Shown here: piece by piece, positions 1 through 12,177 of the stretch
Position numbering within the stretch: position 1 is the stretch's first letter
How the letters are laid out: every line of letters starts with the position of its first letter
Made by a program: the position numbers and the translations under genes
Notes under the pieces: generated by a model
What the model was told of the DNA's origin: nothing
Seen by the model: the letters and a program-made list of their open reading frames with translations, nothing else
Database searches by the model: none
Source of the DNA: Camelus ferus
Taxonomy: Eukaryota
Direction of reading: 5' to 3'
Assembly: GCF_009834535.1 (NCBI RefSeq)
Contig: NC_045713.1
Coordinates: 12,772,001 to 12,836,000 of the forward strand
DNA: 64,000 nucleotides

Positions 1-246
1 CTGCCCCCACAGCCCCGGGCCCCGCCCCCTCCCCAGCCCCGGTGCCCACCCCAGCCCCGCCCCCGACCCCGACCCCCGCCACCCCGGTGACCCCAGCCCC
101 TGTGCCTCCCTTTGAGAAGCAAGGAGAAAAGGATAAGGAGGACAAGCAGACGTTCCAGGTCACAGACTGCCGGAGTTTGGTGAAAACCTTGGTCTGTGGT
201 GTCAAGACAATCACGTGGGGCATAACGTCCTGTAAAGCGCCTGGTG
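1..246 (+). CDS. TRRAP: TRRAP exon, 5'-truncated by window (APTAPGPAPSP...TSCKAPG)
   Basis: Frame starts at nt 3; Pro-rich linker then FEKQGEKDKEDKQTFQVTDCRSLVK; donor G|GTAATT, phase 1. Confidence 0.95.
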
Positions 247-335
247 GTAATTCCACTCTTGGTTATTCAGACAAATGATGTTTTTCGTAGAGTGGGTTTT
301 ATTCGCACTCACTTACCATGCTGTCTCTTTTCCAG

Positions 336-433
336 AAGCTCAGTTCATTCCCAACAAGCAGTTACAGCCCAAAGAGACTCAGATCTACATAAAACTGGTG
401 AAGTACGCGATGCAGGCTTTAGATATCTATCAG
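336..433 (+). CDS. TRRAP: TRRAP exon (EAQFIPNK...ALDIYQ)
   Basis: tttccag|AA acceptor, CAG|gtaagg donor; 98 nt completes the phase-1 Glu codon. Confidence 0.96.
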
Positions 434-888
434 GTAAGGCTGTGCCCTCAGGCCAGGCTCTGGGTGTGGAAAATACCTCTTAGCAGCAGGATGCCAGTGA
501 TGCAAGGGTCTTAGCGATCTCGTTTGGATGGGGCGGTTCCTTCCCGGGTTTGCTCTTGTCCACAGGGCTGCGTTTATGGTGAGACTTCTTTTAAGTGTCA
601 GTGCATGTTGGGGGGGGGGGGGCGGTGGTGTAAAGGGAATGCAAAAGAAACAAGGTTTACATTTACGAAATTTGTTTTTGTTTTGAACACATAACGAAGT
701 TTTTTTTTTTAATTATTTTCCAAAATTAACATGAGAATAGAGAATTTAAAAGAACTTAGGGGGCAGGGGGGCATTTATTGTCTAATTCAGGCACTCTGTT
801 CTACATGTGCAGCTGTTCTAATTATGTAATTATGTAATATTCAGAGATGTTTGGTTTTAATCCCTGTGGATTTTTCCCCCCATGCTAG

Positions 889-1083
889 GTCCAGATAGCA
901 GGAAATGGACAGACATACATTCGGGTAGCAAACTGCCAGACCGTTCGAATGAAGGAGGAGAAGGAGGTCTTGGAGCACTTTGCTGGTGTCTTCACAATGA
1001 TGAATCCCTTAACGTTCAAAGAAATCTTCCAGACTACAGTCCCTTATATGGTGGAAAGAATCTCAAAAAATTATGCCCTTCAG
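889..1083 (+). CDS. TRRAP: TRRAP exon (VQIAGNGQ...KNYALQ)
   Basis: ctag|GTC acceptor, CAG|gtacga donor; 195 nt, phase 0/0. Confidence 0.96.
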
Positions 1084-1534
1084 GTACGAAGTTCCTTCCT
1101 TATGTTCTTTCAGCACTGGCTCTCAACTTCTTTATGTGTTGAATACTTGGTATTCCTTTTATTTTCCAAGTAATGTGCCTAAGGATGCTGCCTGTAGAGC
1201 AAAATTTAGAGAAATATTAGGCTGCAGTAAAAAAAAAAAAATTTCAAAGGATCAAGATGCTTTGGACTAGTTCCTCTCATAGTAAAAATTAAATGTGTTA
1301 GATGTAGGCTCTTGGTAGTTGATGGTGAACTTGATAAAATGGCAGATTAAGTACTTAAAGTGGACTGCTCCACTCAGCGCTCAGTAAATCTTATTTTTTC
1401 CCTTTGGTGGATAATTAATTTCTTAGAGTGTCTGATACAGACTTGATTTTGTATTTTTGGAAAGGTCATTACTTTTCTTGAGGCTGCTTTAGAAAAGGGA
1501 TTATTTTTGTCACACACGTTTCTTGTGTTGCCAG

Positions 1535-1726
1535 ATTGTTGCCAATTCTTTCTTGGCAAATCCTACTACCTCTGCTCTGTTCGCTACAATTCTGGTGGAA
1601 TATCTCCTGGACCGCTTGCCAGAAATGGGCTCCAATGTGGAGCTGTCCAACCTGTACCTCAAGCTGTTTAAATTGGTCTTTGGCTCCGTCTCCCTCTTCG
1701 CAGCGGAAAATGAACAAATGCTGAAG
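1535..1726 (+). CDS. TRRAP: TRRAP exon (IVANSFLA...NEQMLK)
   Basis: ccag|ATT acceptor, AAG|gtaaac donor; 192 nt. Confidence 0.96.
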
Positions 1727-1869
1727 GTAAACTCACTTAGCCCCAGGCCGTGCTTTGTGTTGGTTTTGCTGCTGTTGTAGCTTTTTAATTTCTTTCCATT
1801 TGGAACAGAAACTGCAGTGGCTCTTTTTATATTTGTAAATATTTTAATATTGAATTAATAAGTATATAT

Positions 1870-3250
1870 AGCACGTCAGGGCCAAGTGTGAAAAACATTT
1901 CACGTATTTCTACAGCAGAGCTCAATCTATGTATCTGCTGACCTAAATGAACCCTCAAGAACTCTCATAGTGGGCAGGGGGTTGTCGTTAGCTCTGCCAC
2001 GACTGATTTCCTTTTTCAATAAACTCACTTCTTATGTGGGTCACACAAGTGAGACACAGGAGCACATCGAGCTCATTATTATTTTTTTAATTGAATGATA
2101 CAAAAGAATCCAGGAAGACAAGATGTCTTAGCTCTCAAATCCAATGCGAAACCATCAGCTGTGTAACAGTTCCCATCACGTCAGCCACCGTCCACAGCAC
2201 ACCTTCTCTGAGGCAGCACATAATAAACACCCCATTTCAGGACTGTTCATTTTTCAACTTTAAATCAAGACTTCTAATCAGTTGTGTCCCTTTATTAAGA
2301 TCATCTGGGAGGAATGTGTCTCCTGACATATTTATACATGATTGATCCTATATGTATAAATTTTCCTCATCAGTAATTTGATTCTAGCCACTGGCAGAAG
2401 GCTGTGCATGGTTACGTGACCCACTAAAGGCAGCAGTGGGTATAAATACCTTATAAATATTCTCTTCCACTTATGGCAGAACAATTTCTGTAGAAGGTTG
2501 AATATTAACATTAGTCATGTCTGAAGAGAGGTGTTTTCCCATAGGGGAGAATCCGAGAGTGGAAACCGGATCCGTTTTTCCTGAAGTAAATATATGGATG
2601 GTTAGAAAAAGCACCAGTAATGTGTGCTTTTATGTGAAGTTTACTCTGGTTTTCTCAGTTGTATAGTAATTAGTTATCAACAATCTTTACTTTACTTTTG
2701 TGTTAGTATAAAAAGAAAGTAGTCAGATTTTTTAAATGATACGAAATGTTTAATTATAATTTTTGTCTACATTATTTGGTATCTTCAGATAATTCAGTTT
2801 TTGCCACTATTAGGGACAACCATGTAGAACAACCACCACCAAAAAACAAAACAAAACCTAATCGATTAGTCAAACCTAAGGATGAGATGTTGGAATATCA
2901 TTCAAAAAGATACTCAAAGAACAATTTCTTGAAACATTTTGTTGCGAGACTAATACAGATAGTTGATTTATCTGTGAAAGAAATGCACCATGCCATACAC
3001 AGTGACAGACTAGCCTGTCAGTGACTGCGCAGTTCATAGTCCATAGTTCACCTTAAATACACCTGCAGAAGAGTTCACATCAGACTCAACCTGTTACAGG
3101 TCAAATCTAGGATTTTAAGTACAAGATAAAAAGCTGATCTGGCTTACAATGTTGATTAAAGTTACTCTGAGCTAATGAAGTGTTTTTTTATGAAAGAAAT
3201 ACCGTATGAAAACATTTTTTGACCAAGTTTTCCAAAGCATAATAATCTCA
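1870..3250 (-). mobile_element. Probable decayed hAT-superfamily DNA transposon (Charlie-like transposase remnant)
   Basis: Minus-strand broken peptides such as VADVMGTVTQLMVSHWI*ELRH and AWCISFTD resemble motifs of Charlie-type transposases. Boundaries approximate; by-eye only. Confidence 0.4.
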
Positions 3251-3647
3251 GATGTCTTTTGAGGCTCTTCCAGACTTTGCATGTGTAGTACTTGATTGTG
3301 AAGTTTCAGTTCCTTTCAGTTGCTTTTTGTGTTTTGATAGTTAGGAAACAGGCTTCTTTCATCTTGTTTGATTGTTGAGTCTCATGCAAGAGTGACTGTG
3401 TTCACAAGACCTGCGGAGCTCACAGACCTCTGGTTCCTGCTGCAAAGCGTCTTCTTGGCATCATGTACCTACATAGTGAGATAGGAGCCTATTAAATACT
3501 TCTTTCACAGCCAGACTGGTGGTGGAAACCAACATATATTTTAAGATAAATTAATTTGAGTCAAATACAGGTTGGAAAGTTCTTGTTTTGTTGTTCCCTT
3601 TAGAATAAGTTCATCAGAATTACCTTCCATTCCTGGTTTATTTTTGG

Positions 3648-3672
3648 TTTTTTTTTTTTTTTTTTTTTTTTT
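3648..3672 (+). repeat. Poly(T)25
   Basis: Homopolymer run read directly. Confidence 0.95.
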
Positions 3673-3727
3673 AACAGCGAACCCGCTCACTTAGAGCCTG
3701 TTAACCTGCCTTTTCTCCATCCTGCAG

Positions 3728-3893
3728 CCTCACCTGCACAAGATTGTGAACAGCTCAATGGAGCTGGCCCAGACTGCCAAAGAGCCCTATAACTACTTCC
3801 TGCTGCTTCGGGCCCTATTCCGCTCCATCGGGGGAGGTAGCCATGATCTCCTGTATCAGGAATTTTTGCCTCTCCTACCAAACCTCCTGCAAG
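3728..3893 (+). CDS. TRRAP: TRRAP exon (PHLHKIVN...PNLLQG)
   Basis: ctgcag|CCT acceptor, AAG|gtcaga donor; 166 nt, ends phase 1. Confidence 0.96.
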
Positions 3894-4025
3894 GTCAGAG
3901 CTGTGGTTTTGGTGACCTGTTAGTCTGGTGCATGTGCATGGGTCTGGCTGCCCTTGGTTGCTGGGGTTCATCCCCTACACCTGGTGGAGGGTCATTGTGA
4001 GGGGATGTACATGTGTGTCCCTTGC

Positions 4026-4051
4026 TGTGTGTGTGTGTGTGTGTGTGTGTG
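4026..4051 (+). repeat. (TG)13 microsatellite
   Basis: Perfect dinucleotide run read directly. Confidence 0.95.
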
Positions 4052-4317
4052 GCCGTCCCGGTGTCCCGCTCTCTTTAAAGGCAGTGGATCTTTAAAGGAA
4101 TGAGTTCTTCTTCCTTCTCAGAGTTGAATGGGGAGCTAGAAGGTTTTAGTTACGCCAGTTAGAACTTTGTAGTATTTGGTAAGCAAATCTAGAAAGTGGT
4201 TTCTAGTGGTTTAGTAAGATCAGGGATCTCTAGATTGAAAGAAAAGCAGAACAAGAAGGGAAAAAGCAAGTTATAAAGCTAATATAAGCTTTATATAAAA
4301 TATATAGAAATATATTG

Positions 4318-4408
4318 TTATTTATTTATTTTAACAGAGGTACTGGGGTTTGATCCCAGGACTTTGTGCATGCTAAGCACACACTCTACCACTGAGCTAT
4401 ACCCTCCC
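4318..4408 (-). mobile_element. tRNA-Ala-derived SINE (camelid Vic-1 type)
   Basis: Reverse complement reads GGGAGGGTATAGCTCAGTGGTAGAG...TTAGCATGCAC...CCTGGGATCAAACCCCAGTACCTC plus (TAAA)n tail. Confidence 0.85.
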
Positions 4409-4435
4409 TGTTAAAATGTAGTTATTATTATTTAA

Positions 4436-4558
4436 GTTTAATTTTTATGGGGTAGGAAATTAGGTTTATTTATTTATTTTTAATGGAGGGACTCAGGATT
4501 GAAACCAGGACCTCCTGCATGTTAAGCAGGCGCTCCACCCCTGAGCTATACCCTCCCC
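4436..4558 (-). mobile_element. tRNA-Ala-derived SINE (Vic-1 type), longer form
   Basis: Same tRNA-like head plus AATAAATAAACCTAATT..CCCC..AAAA tail, directly after the previous copy. Confidence 0.8.
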
Positions 4559-5776
4559 TCCAGAATGCTTTCATTCCTGTGTAATTAAGATGCTTTCAAG
4601 GTGTGTAGCTCAAGGGGATCTTGAGTCCAGTGAAAGATTACAGGTGTGGGCAGATTAGAAACACCGTCCCAGGAATTTTTTTGTAAAGGTGAACTCTCAG
4701 TAAGGAGTTCAATCTGTTGTATTTTCTTTATAAATCCTTTAAGAAGAAGCCATTTACAAGATAATTTGCCCAGGAGGCAGCTGGGAAATACCTGACCATG
4801 TTGACTGTGATGCGGCCCGAGTCCCCCAGGCCAGGTGCTTAAGGCGGCCCGCAGTCCAGCTCTGTTGTGTGCATTTGGCCCCGCCTCCCGTCTTCCCCTC
4901 TGCTCCGACCAGTCTGGTTCCCCTCCCTGCACTCCCCCAGGCTTGTTTCTCCCAGCTGGTTTTGTTCATGTGGGTCCCCTCCTGGGAGCTTAGCCCTGCC
5001 TTGTCCACCTTCTTCGGATTCTAAATCTGTGCTGCTACTCTGACGCCTTCCCGGACAACTCCTCTCTCTTCAGCCTGAACTGCCTGGGACACACCTTGTT
5101 CGGGGGCCACTGTTACTTTTCTCCTTCCAGCTGGTCTCTGAGGTTCCATGGGCAGGTCCCGATCAGACATGTCTCACTTAGGAAGGAGCTCAGTAAATAC
5201 TCAGTCACCCTTGGGAAGAATAGGGAGATTGACTTTAAGAGAGGAAAGCTCCTCTCCATTTATAGAAAACAAAAGTGGATTTTAAAAAATGTTTATTTTA
5301 GAGCATAGACATCAACTGTGGTTTATGGGAAGCCTGAAAAAACATGCAGGTGGTTAATCGCAAACTTGAGATGGACGTGTCGTCTTGGAGTCTTTTGTCT
5401 TTAGACTGGGCTCCTTAATAGAATAACACGTTTTTCCAAGCGTTGATGTATAACACTGATCAGTCCTTAATTTAATCAACGTTAAGTCATTACTAGAAAT
5501 TACAACTTCAGTTATAATGTATACTAATTACTTGCAGCCTGCTGTTGTCACTATGAACGTGACAGGCAGAAGGGGTCATGGGTACATTTACAGAATAGAT
5601 TTAGTAAATATAGTAATTGTGAGGCATAGAAAGCGTTCTGTCATCGGGTTGACACGCACCTAAAAAGGTGGACCAGTTACTCTGTACCATCCTAGCCTGT
5701 ACTGCGCTGTACGCGCTGTAACTTCGCGTGTGTCTGGGAGGCTGCGCCCTCTGACGGCCCCCACCGCTGTGTGCAG

Positions 5777-6033
5777 GGCTGAACATGCTGCAGAGCGGCC
5801 TGCACAAGCAGCACATGAAGGACCTCTTCGTGGAGCTGTGCCTCACCGTGCCCGTGCGGCTCAGCTCTCTCCTGCCCTACCTGCCCATGTTAATGGACCC
5901 CTTGGTGTCGGCTCTCAATGGGTCCCAGACGTTGGTCAGCCAAGGCCTCAGGACTCTGGAGCTGTGTGTGGACAACCTGCAGCCCGACTTCCTCTACGAC
6001 CACATCCAGCCTGTGCGCGCAGAGCTCATGCAG
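5777..6033 (+). CDS. TRRAP: TRRAP exon (GLNMLQSG...RAELMQ)
   Basis: gtgcag|GG acceptor, CAG|gtaagt donor; 257 nt. Confidence 0.96.
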
Positions 6034-7993
6034 GTAAGTCTGCGTCCTCGGACTGCCAGCAGAGGGCGCCGGGGGCTCCCGCATCTGAGTTGTCATGAGG
6101 ATTTCAGGCTGTCAGTTTCAGAAGTGACAGCCAGTGTTGAGCTCTCCCTGCCCAGTGGTGGGCTTCCTGCAAGATGAACTGGTGTAGCTTTCAACTTGCT
6201 TTGTGAGTCTTCTGACTTATGAAAGATACAAAGAAATACTGCAGGTATCGTGTGAATACTTGTTAGGCTGACCTTTTCAGAGGGTGCTGTGGTGCCACGT
6301 TCTTGTGAGGTCGATGGCTTGTGAAAGCAGGAGTTCAATGGCTGCTCTTGCTTCCAGGGAGAGCCCTTCTTTATCCGGGAGAGATCTTGAGTTGCCCAGT
6401 ACAGAGATGCAAACGCCTCAGCACAGGCTAGCTGTGTGGCCCCCCCCAAAGGAAACAGCAGATAAGAAAGGAGGTGGTTTTGAAACCATTTTGTATTTTC
6501 TGGTCGTGAAAGTTCATTGTCATATATCAGGTGTTTCCTTCATGTTTTGTTGATGTCACTGATCTGTAATGTGGTTGGTAATTGTTAGAGGTTCACGCTG
6601 CCCCTTCAGTATAGAGTATTTGGCCCCAGGTGGGGATCCGAATGGCAGCTTTCTGCGACGGGCACTCAGTAACTCCTAAAGTCCTGGAGTCTCTGGACAG
6701 TGGATTGGAGACTGCAGACTGGCCTTACCTGACAGTCCTTAAACTTAGCTCTTGGGCTCCATCTGGGTGGGAGAAGATGGCCTAGGGCTTGGGTTGGAGC
6801 TCCAAGTCCAAGACCAGTCATTTGGAGGTGTGTGTGGCTCTTGGGCCTGAGCAGTACTGCTGGCTCTGAAAGGCAGACCATGGGCCCGACAGGAGCCTGG
6901 GTGAGCGTCGCGTGGCAGGTTCTCGGGCCCCTGGCCACTCTGTGGGGCAGACAGCCCAAGGGGGAGACACAGTCGGGGCTGCTGCTTGATTCTGGGGGCA
7001 CAGTAACCCTGCCTTCTGGACAAGTGGCACAGTACCATCCACCAGTGAAACCCCACGAGCACAGGGAGATGGGCTGCCCCTCCTGGGGAGGTAAGCAGAA
7101 GCCCCCTCTCCTGAGGATCATGAGCTTTGGGTGGGCCAGGTGGAGGGTGAGGAGGTGACCAATCTTGGGCTACATCTCTCAACAGTCAGGAAGGGGGGAA
7201 GCTTCTTTGGACCTACAGGAACATAAAAGAAGCTGGAATTTTGCTTTAAAGAAAGTTCCAAGATTTTACGTTGCCTGTTGCTAGACGCTAATACCTGGCA
7301 TTGTAATAGAAGGTGATATAAGAAAATAGATTTAAATAGTGAGCTATGGTAATTTTCAGGGCTATGACGGTTCAAATGAAAAAAATGTGGAAAAACTGAC
7401 AGGAGTTTTTGGAACAGTTGAGTGCTTCTGCTTCTTACACCGTGAGTGCAGGCTCACAGTGACTCAGTTTTCCTCTGAGGCAGGTCTGTTTATGCTCCCT
7501 GTTCTCCAACTTTGCCACCCTATCTAATGTCAGGTTTGAAATGTACAAGATAGTTTACATATCATGTTCGAACATTACAAAGCCTGACAATAGAAGTAAA
7601 AACCTGAGAATGCACCATCCGATCGAAGGTCAAAAACTTTACCAGCATTTTGCGTTTTCCTCTCTGCTCCTCCATCCCATTTTGTATATTTGCCCAAACA
7701 ATAATACATTGTTTAGTTTTCTTGCCTTTGAGCTCTGCAGTATTTATGATACGCTACCATTTGCATTCCAGGAGTGTTAAAAATCACTTACATATGCGTT
7801 TTCTGTAAAGGCATACAGTTTCTCTGGAAAGATACACAAGACTAGTAACATTGGTTCCCCGAGAAGGGAGCTGTGTGTTTGGAGGATGGAAGAGTTTTCA
7901 CCATAGAGTCTTTCATGAATTTTGAGTTGTGATTTGTGAACCCTAGGAGTGCGTTGCCTCGGAGGGTTTTGATGAAAGCCTGTTGATTTTTAG

Positions 7994-8194
7994 GCTTTAT
8001 GGCGCACGTTACGCAATCCTGCTGACAGCATTTCTCACGTGGCCTATCGCGTCCTTGGTAAATTTGGTGGCAGCAACAGGAAGATGTTGAAGGAATCCCA
8101 GAAGCTGCACTATGTCGTGACTGAAGTTCAAGGCCCCAGTATCACAGTGGAGTTTTCGGACTGTAAAGCATCTCTCCAGCTCCCAATGGAGAAG
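7994..8194 (+). CDS. TRRAP: TRRAP exon (ALWRTLRN...QLPMEK)
   Basis: ttttag|GCT acceptor, AAG|gtaaat donor; 201 nt. Confidence 0.96.
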
Positions 8195-9488
8195 GTAAAT
8201 TTGGGAGTCTCTGGGAGTTTCTTAAAGATATTGTTCAGTTTCATTTTAAGACCTTTAATTTCTCTTTGAAAACATGGAAATAAAATGTGCTTTTGGGGAG
8301 GGAATTTCTAACTCAAGGAACAGCAAGGTTTATCGGGGCCCAGCTAGTTCGGCATGGGGTTCCCATCAGGCCAGGAGCCAGTGGGCAGCGTTGCCCTGGG
8401 GACTTTGCGCCCTTGAGCCTCTTCCCTGATGTCCCCCCCCTCCCCGCACTTAGTCTGATGCCCAAGGGCTGTACCTCAAGTGTCATTTAGAACCAAGTTA
8501 ATCCTGATCCTGTCTCATCCCCGTCACTCCCCAGTACCAGCTCTTCTGTTCTCTGTCCAGACACGGTTCCTTAGCCCGCTGGGGTCTCTCCGAGCACCAG
8601 TGGATTTACACCACAAAGCCCTGCCTTTGGCGTACTTCACCGTCCTGTTCTCTGGGGGGCAGGTAGTTGGCTTGTAGGTTACATTGATTCTTAAAAATAA
8701 CACTTCTCAAATTACCCCTCCGTGACTTATTGCTCAGTCCTGAGCAGATCAGAGGCCGCAGGGGAGCTCAGACTTGCAGGCTGGGGGCGACGACGTGAGG
8801 AGCCCTTGTCACCTGTGCTGTGCTGCCTGGCCGGGTCTGGGGGCAGGGCCTCTGTCCCTGTCAGCCCTCTGCTTTCTCACACGGGGCTGGGATACATCTG
8901 TAATCATCAGCGCGGATTAGGTCTTTGATTTATAGGCATGTGATTGTCTTTAACATTAGTATCTTAGCTGTTAAAGGCTTCAGATGATTTTTTTGTGATT
9001 GTTCCTCCCCTGCCTTCCTGGTCAGCCTAGTGAATAGGATACAATGTGTATGTAACTGTTTAGGGTTTCTGAAAAAATGACGTAAACTCTTATCTTTTAA
9101 GGAGAGAATTTAGTAAAAGCTTAGGAAAGCCATCTTTTAGTTTTGAATTGAGATGCCTCAGATCTAGGTTAATCCAGCAGATTTACCACAGGAGACCTTC
9201 TCAGTGCACTGAATTTCTGGAGTCTCCTGTTGGCTATTTAAGCATGAAATCAGCTGATTCCATGTGACATTCAGTTTGAACCATGCAGTTCTTATGTTGT
9301 AACATTTCATCGCCATCTGGGGAGGTTTCCTTGTGAGTACCCATCCGCCTGTCTGCAGGCCCACCGTGCTCTCGCCCAGAGGAAGTGTGCATCCGGTTCT
9401 TCAGGGCGCTGCATGTGCTTTCAGCGAAATGTTTTCAAAATCATGTGATTTCAGGACAAACTCCAGTGTTTGTGTTTCTTTGCTGTAG

Positions 9489-9640
9489 GCCATTGAAACA
9501 GCCCTCGACTGCCTGAAGAGCGCCAACACCGAGCCCTACTACCGGCGGCAGGCATGGGAGGTGATCAGGTGCTTCCTGGTGGCCATGATGAGCCTCGAGG
9601 ACAACAAGCACGCGCTCTACCAGCTCCTGGCGCACCCCAA
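9489..9640 (+). CDS. TRRAP: TRRAP exon (AIETALDC...LLAHPN)
   Basis: ctgtag|GCC acceptor, CAA|gtacgt donor; 152 nt, ends phase 2. Confidence 0.96.
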
Positions 9641-10329
9641 GTACGTCACACCCTCCCTCTGTGCCAGCGCGCACAGTGTCTTGCTGCAGGAAATTCGGGA
9701 TGGAGTGGACCTCCCAGCTTTCTTAATGTTATCAGCATGTTCCTTTAAGTCAGGAAAATGGCCTATTATTTGCCCAGCAATGCTTCTCTTGGCTTTTAGA
9801 GAAGATGGAGAGAACTTGGGTGCTCGAGAGTTAGGGTTTCTCAGTCGTGATCTCCCTCTGTCATTGCGTCTTCCGTTAGAGTGTGAGCTTCAGGAATCAA
9901 GGTCACGTCCTTTCCCTTTGGCTCATGGTCACATCCACAGCGCTGGCCACATGATAGCTGTTCAGGGATCTTGGGCTTTTCCGTCCGCAGTGAGCCTTTC
10001 ATTCCCCAAGTCTCTGTCTTGCAGTGTTTGTATTTTGCTCTTATTCTTTAAGGGTGTGTGACCTTTATGTAATGACCTTTTCTGATGATATGTGTATATC
10101 ATCTTTCTGTGTTATGTTTCAGGGAAGAGGTTTTTCCTCTGTATCTTCACATTTCTCACAGCATCGAAGATAATGCCAGCTATATAGTAGGTGGTCAGTT
10201 GTTAAAAGGGCTTTGGAGAGAGAGCAGTCAAAGATAGCCAGGTACTCAGGAAAGTCAGGCAACATGAGTATGAGCCCCAGAACCAACAGAAAGTAGAAAT
10301 AGACCTGCACAGACTTCGGGTATGAGGAT

Positions 10330-11850
10330 CACCTCAGTGAGGTTATAACTGAGCTTTTGCTGTGTTTAAAATAAATGAAAGACAAACTTGAAAGTCCTCC
10401 AAGAAATTACAAACCTTGCCCAAGCAGATTAAAGGAAAAAAGGCACAAAGAGAATCTTTAGCTGAGAGATGAGTCAAAAGAGATTATCCAGAATGTGTAC
10501 AGAGAGAGAAAAAGATGAAAAATTCGAAAGAGAGAGAACGAGTGTGAAGAATAGTGTGAAGTAGAACAGTTGGTTTGAAGTCCCACAGGGAGAGGAGAGA
10601 AAAGGAGGCAGATAGTACTTGACGCTGTGGCTGGGAATTTCCCAGGACTGAAGATAAAAAAACACCAGTGCACAGATTCAGAATGATTGGTGACTTTAAA
10701 GCAGGATGAAAAAAGAAATCCTCACATGCACGCATCAAGTGAAACAACTACATATCAGAAATAAGGAGAAAATCTTGAAAGCTAACAGAACAAAAAAGAT
10801 AGATTACCCTCGAATGAATGATAGCTTGGCAGCTGTGAAAGCCACTGGACAGTGGAATAAGTCTCCAGTCTGGAAGAAGACAGCTGCCAGCCTAGAATCA
10901 TATATCCAGTGAATATAACTCACAAATGAGGGTGAAATAGAAATGTTTTCAAATAAAAGAGAAATCTCCCCCCAGCAGATCCTCACTCAGGTGGAATGAA
11001 AGTTCCCCAGCGGAAGATCTGAAACAGGAGCAGGAATGAAGAAAAAACAAAATGGTGATAGGTTGACACATGTACTTTGGGTGCAGCTAAGGCTATATTT
11101 AGAGAGAAACTTGTAGCCTTGAAAATCATTGTAGACTGGAAACAATCCAGACGTCTGTCATCTGGTAAGCAGATAAGCAAACTGTGTGTGTGGATACAGT
11201 GAAATCTCAGGAGTAGCAAGGACTGAGCCACTGACACATGTTCCAGCATAAACCGATCGCCTCCAGCACCAGGCTAAGGGAGAGAAGCCAGACCCAGGGC
11301 TGCATGCTGTATGATTCCATTTATGTGAAATTCTAGGAAGGACGAAGCTGTAGAGACAGAAAGCAGCTCAGTGGTTTCCCTGGGTGTGGGGATGGAGATT
11401 GTCTTCTGGGGATGACAAGTTTAAAATTGGATTGTGGTAATGGTGGCACAACTATATAAATCTACTAAGACTCACTGAACTGTAAAAGTGAAATGAATTC
11501 TATAGTGTGTAAATTATACTCCATAAATAATCATAATCATAATAGAAAAGAATAAATGTTAAAGAGCTAAATGCTTATTTCAAAAGTCAGATAAAGTGTA
11601 ACAGGAGAACAGAAGAAATGAACAAAAGAAGAAAACATGCAAAGAGTAGTTCAATAAATCCAAAAGTTGGTTGCTTGAAAGAGGAATGAAATTGAAACAC
11701 CTCTGACAAGACTGACTTAGAGGAAGGAAGAGAAGACAGGAATAACCCATGTCAAATAAAACAGGCAAGGGCACTCCAGACATTTCAGACATTTAAAAAA
11801 AAAAAAAAACAGCAAAAGTTCAATGGAATACATAAATTCATAGAAAAATA
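10330..11850 (+). mobile_element. Old L1 (L1M-type) fragments: ORF1 3' end and ORF2 5' remnants, interrupted by an L1 3'-UTR piece (about 11220-11530)
   Basis: A-rich sense strand; ORF1-like KEKILKA...QW...RIIYP...NEGEIEMFSNK; ORF2-like INKSKSWLLE...KLKHL; typical L1M 3'-UTR words (tatgattccatttatgtgaaattctag, aaattatactccataaa). Confidence 0.7.
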
Positions 11851-12177
11851 AAAAGGCCTCTGTCTTATGATGTGGATATTTTGAAGCATACAGACCAATT
11901 ACTTTGTAGACAATCCCTAGGTGGGTTTGTCTTTGTCCTCATGGTTTGGTTCCAGCTGTGCATGTCTAGTAGAAACTCCTAGGAGTGTTCTCTTGACCCA
12001 CTGACTACAAACTTTCATGATGAAGTTTGTCATGTTTGAGTCCAGGTGTTGCTGAAATCCAAGCAGGGCCCCTCTGAACAAGGGGAAAGCGGGCCCGCTG
12101 AAAAGAAGTAAGTTGTAGTGGACTCCTCAGCTCAGGACTTCGGTGCCGTAACGATGGCTTTAATTTTTGTCTTTCAG

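Noticed and set aside
610-622. G13 homopolymer as a functional G4
   Set aside because: A single run whose length is unreliable in assemblies; no supporting context.
4272-4295. 9-bp hairpin TATAAAGCT-AATATA-AGCTTTATA
   Set aside because: Short AT-rich inverted repeat expected by chance; not pre-miRNA-like.
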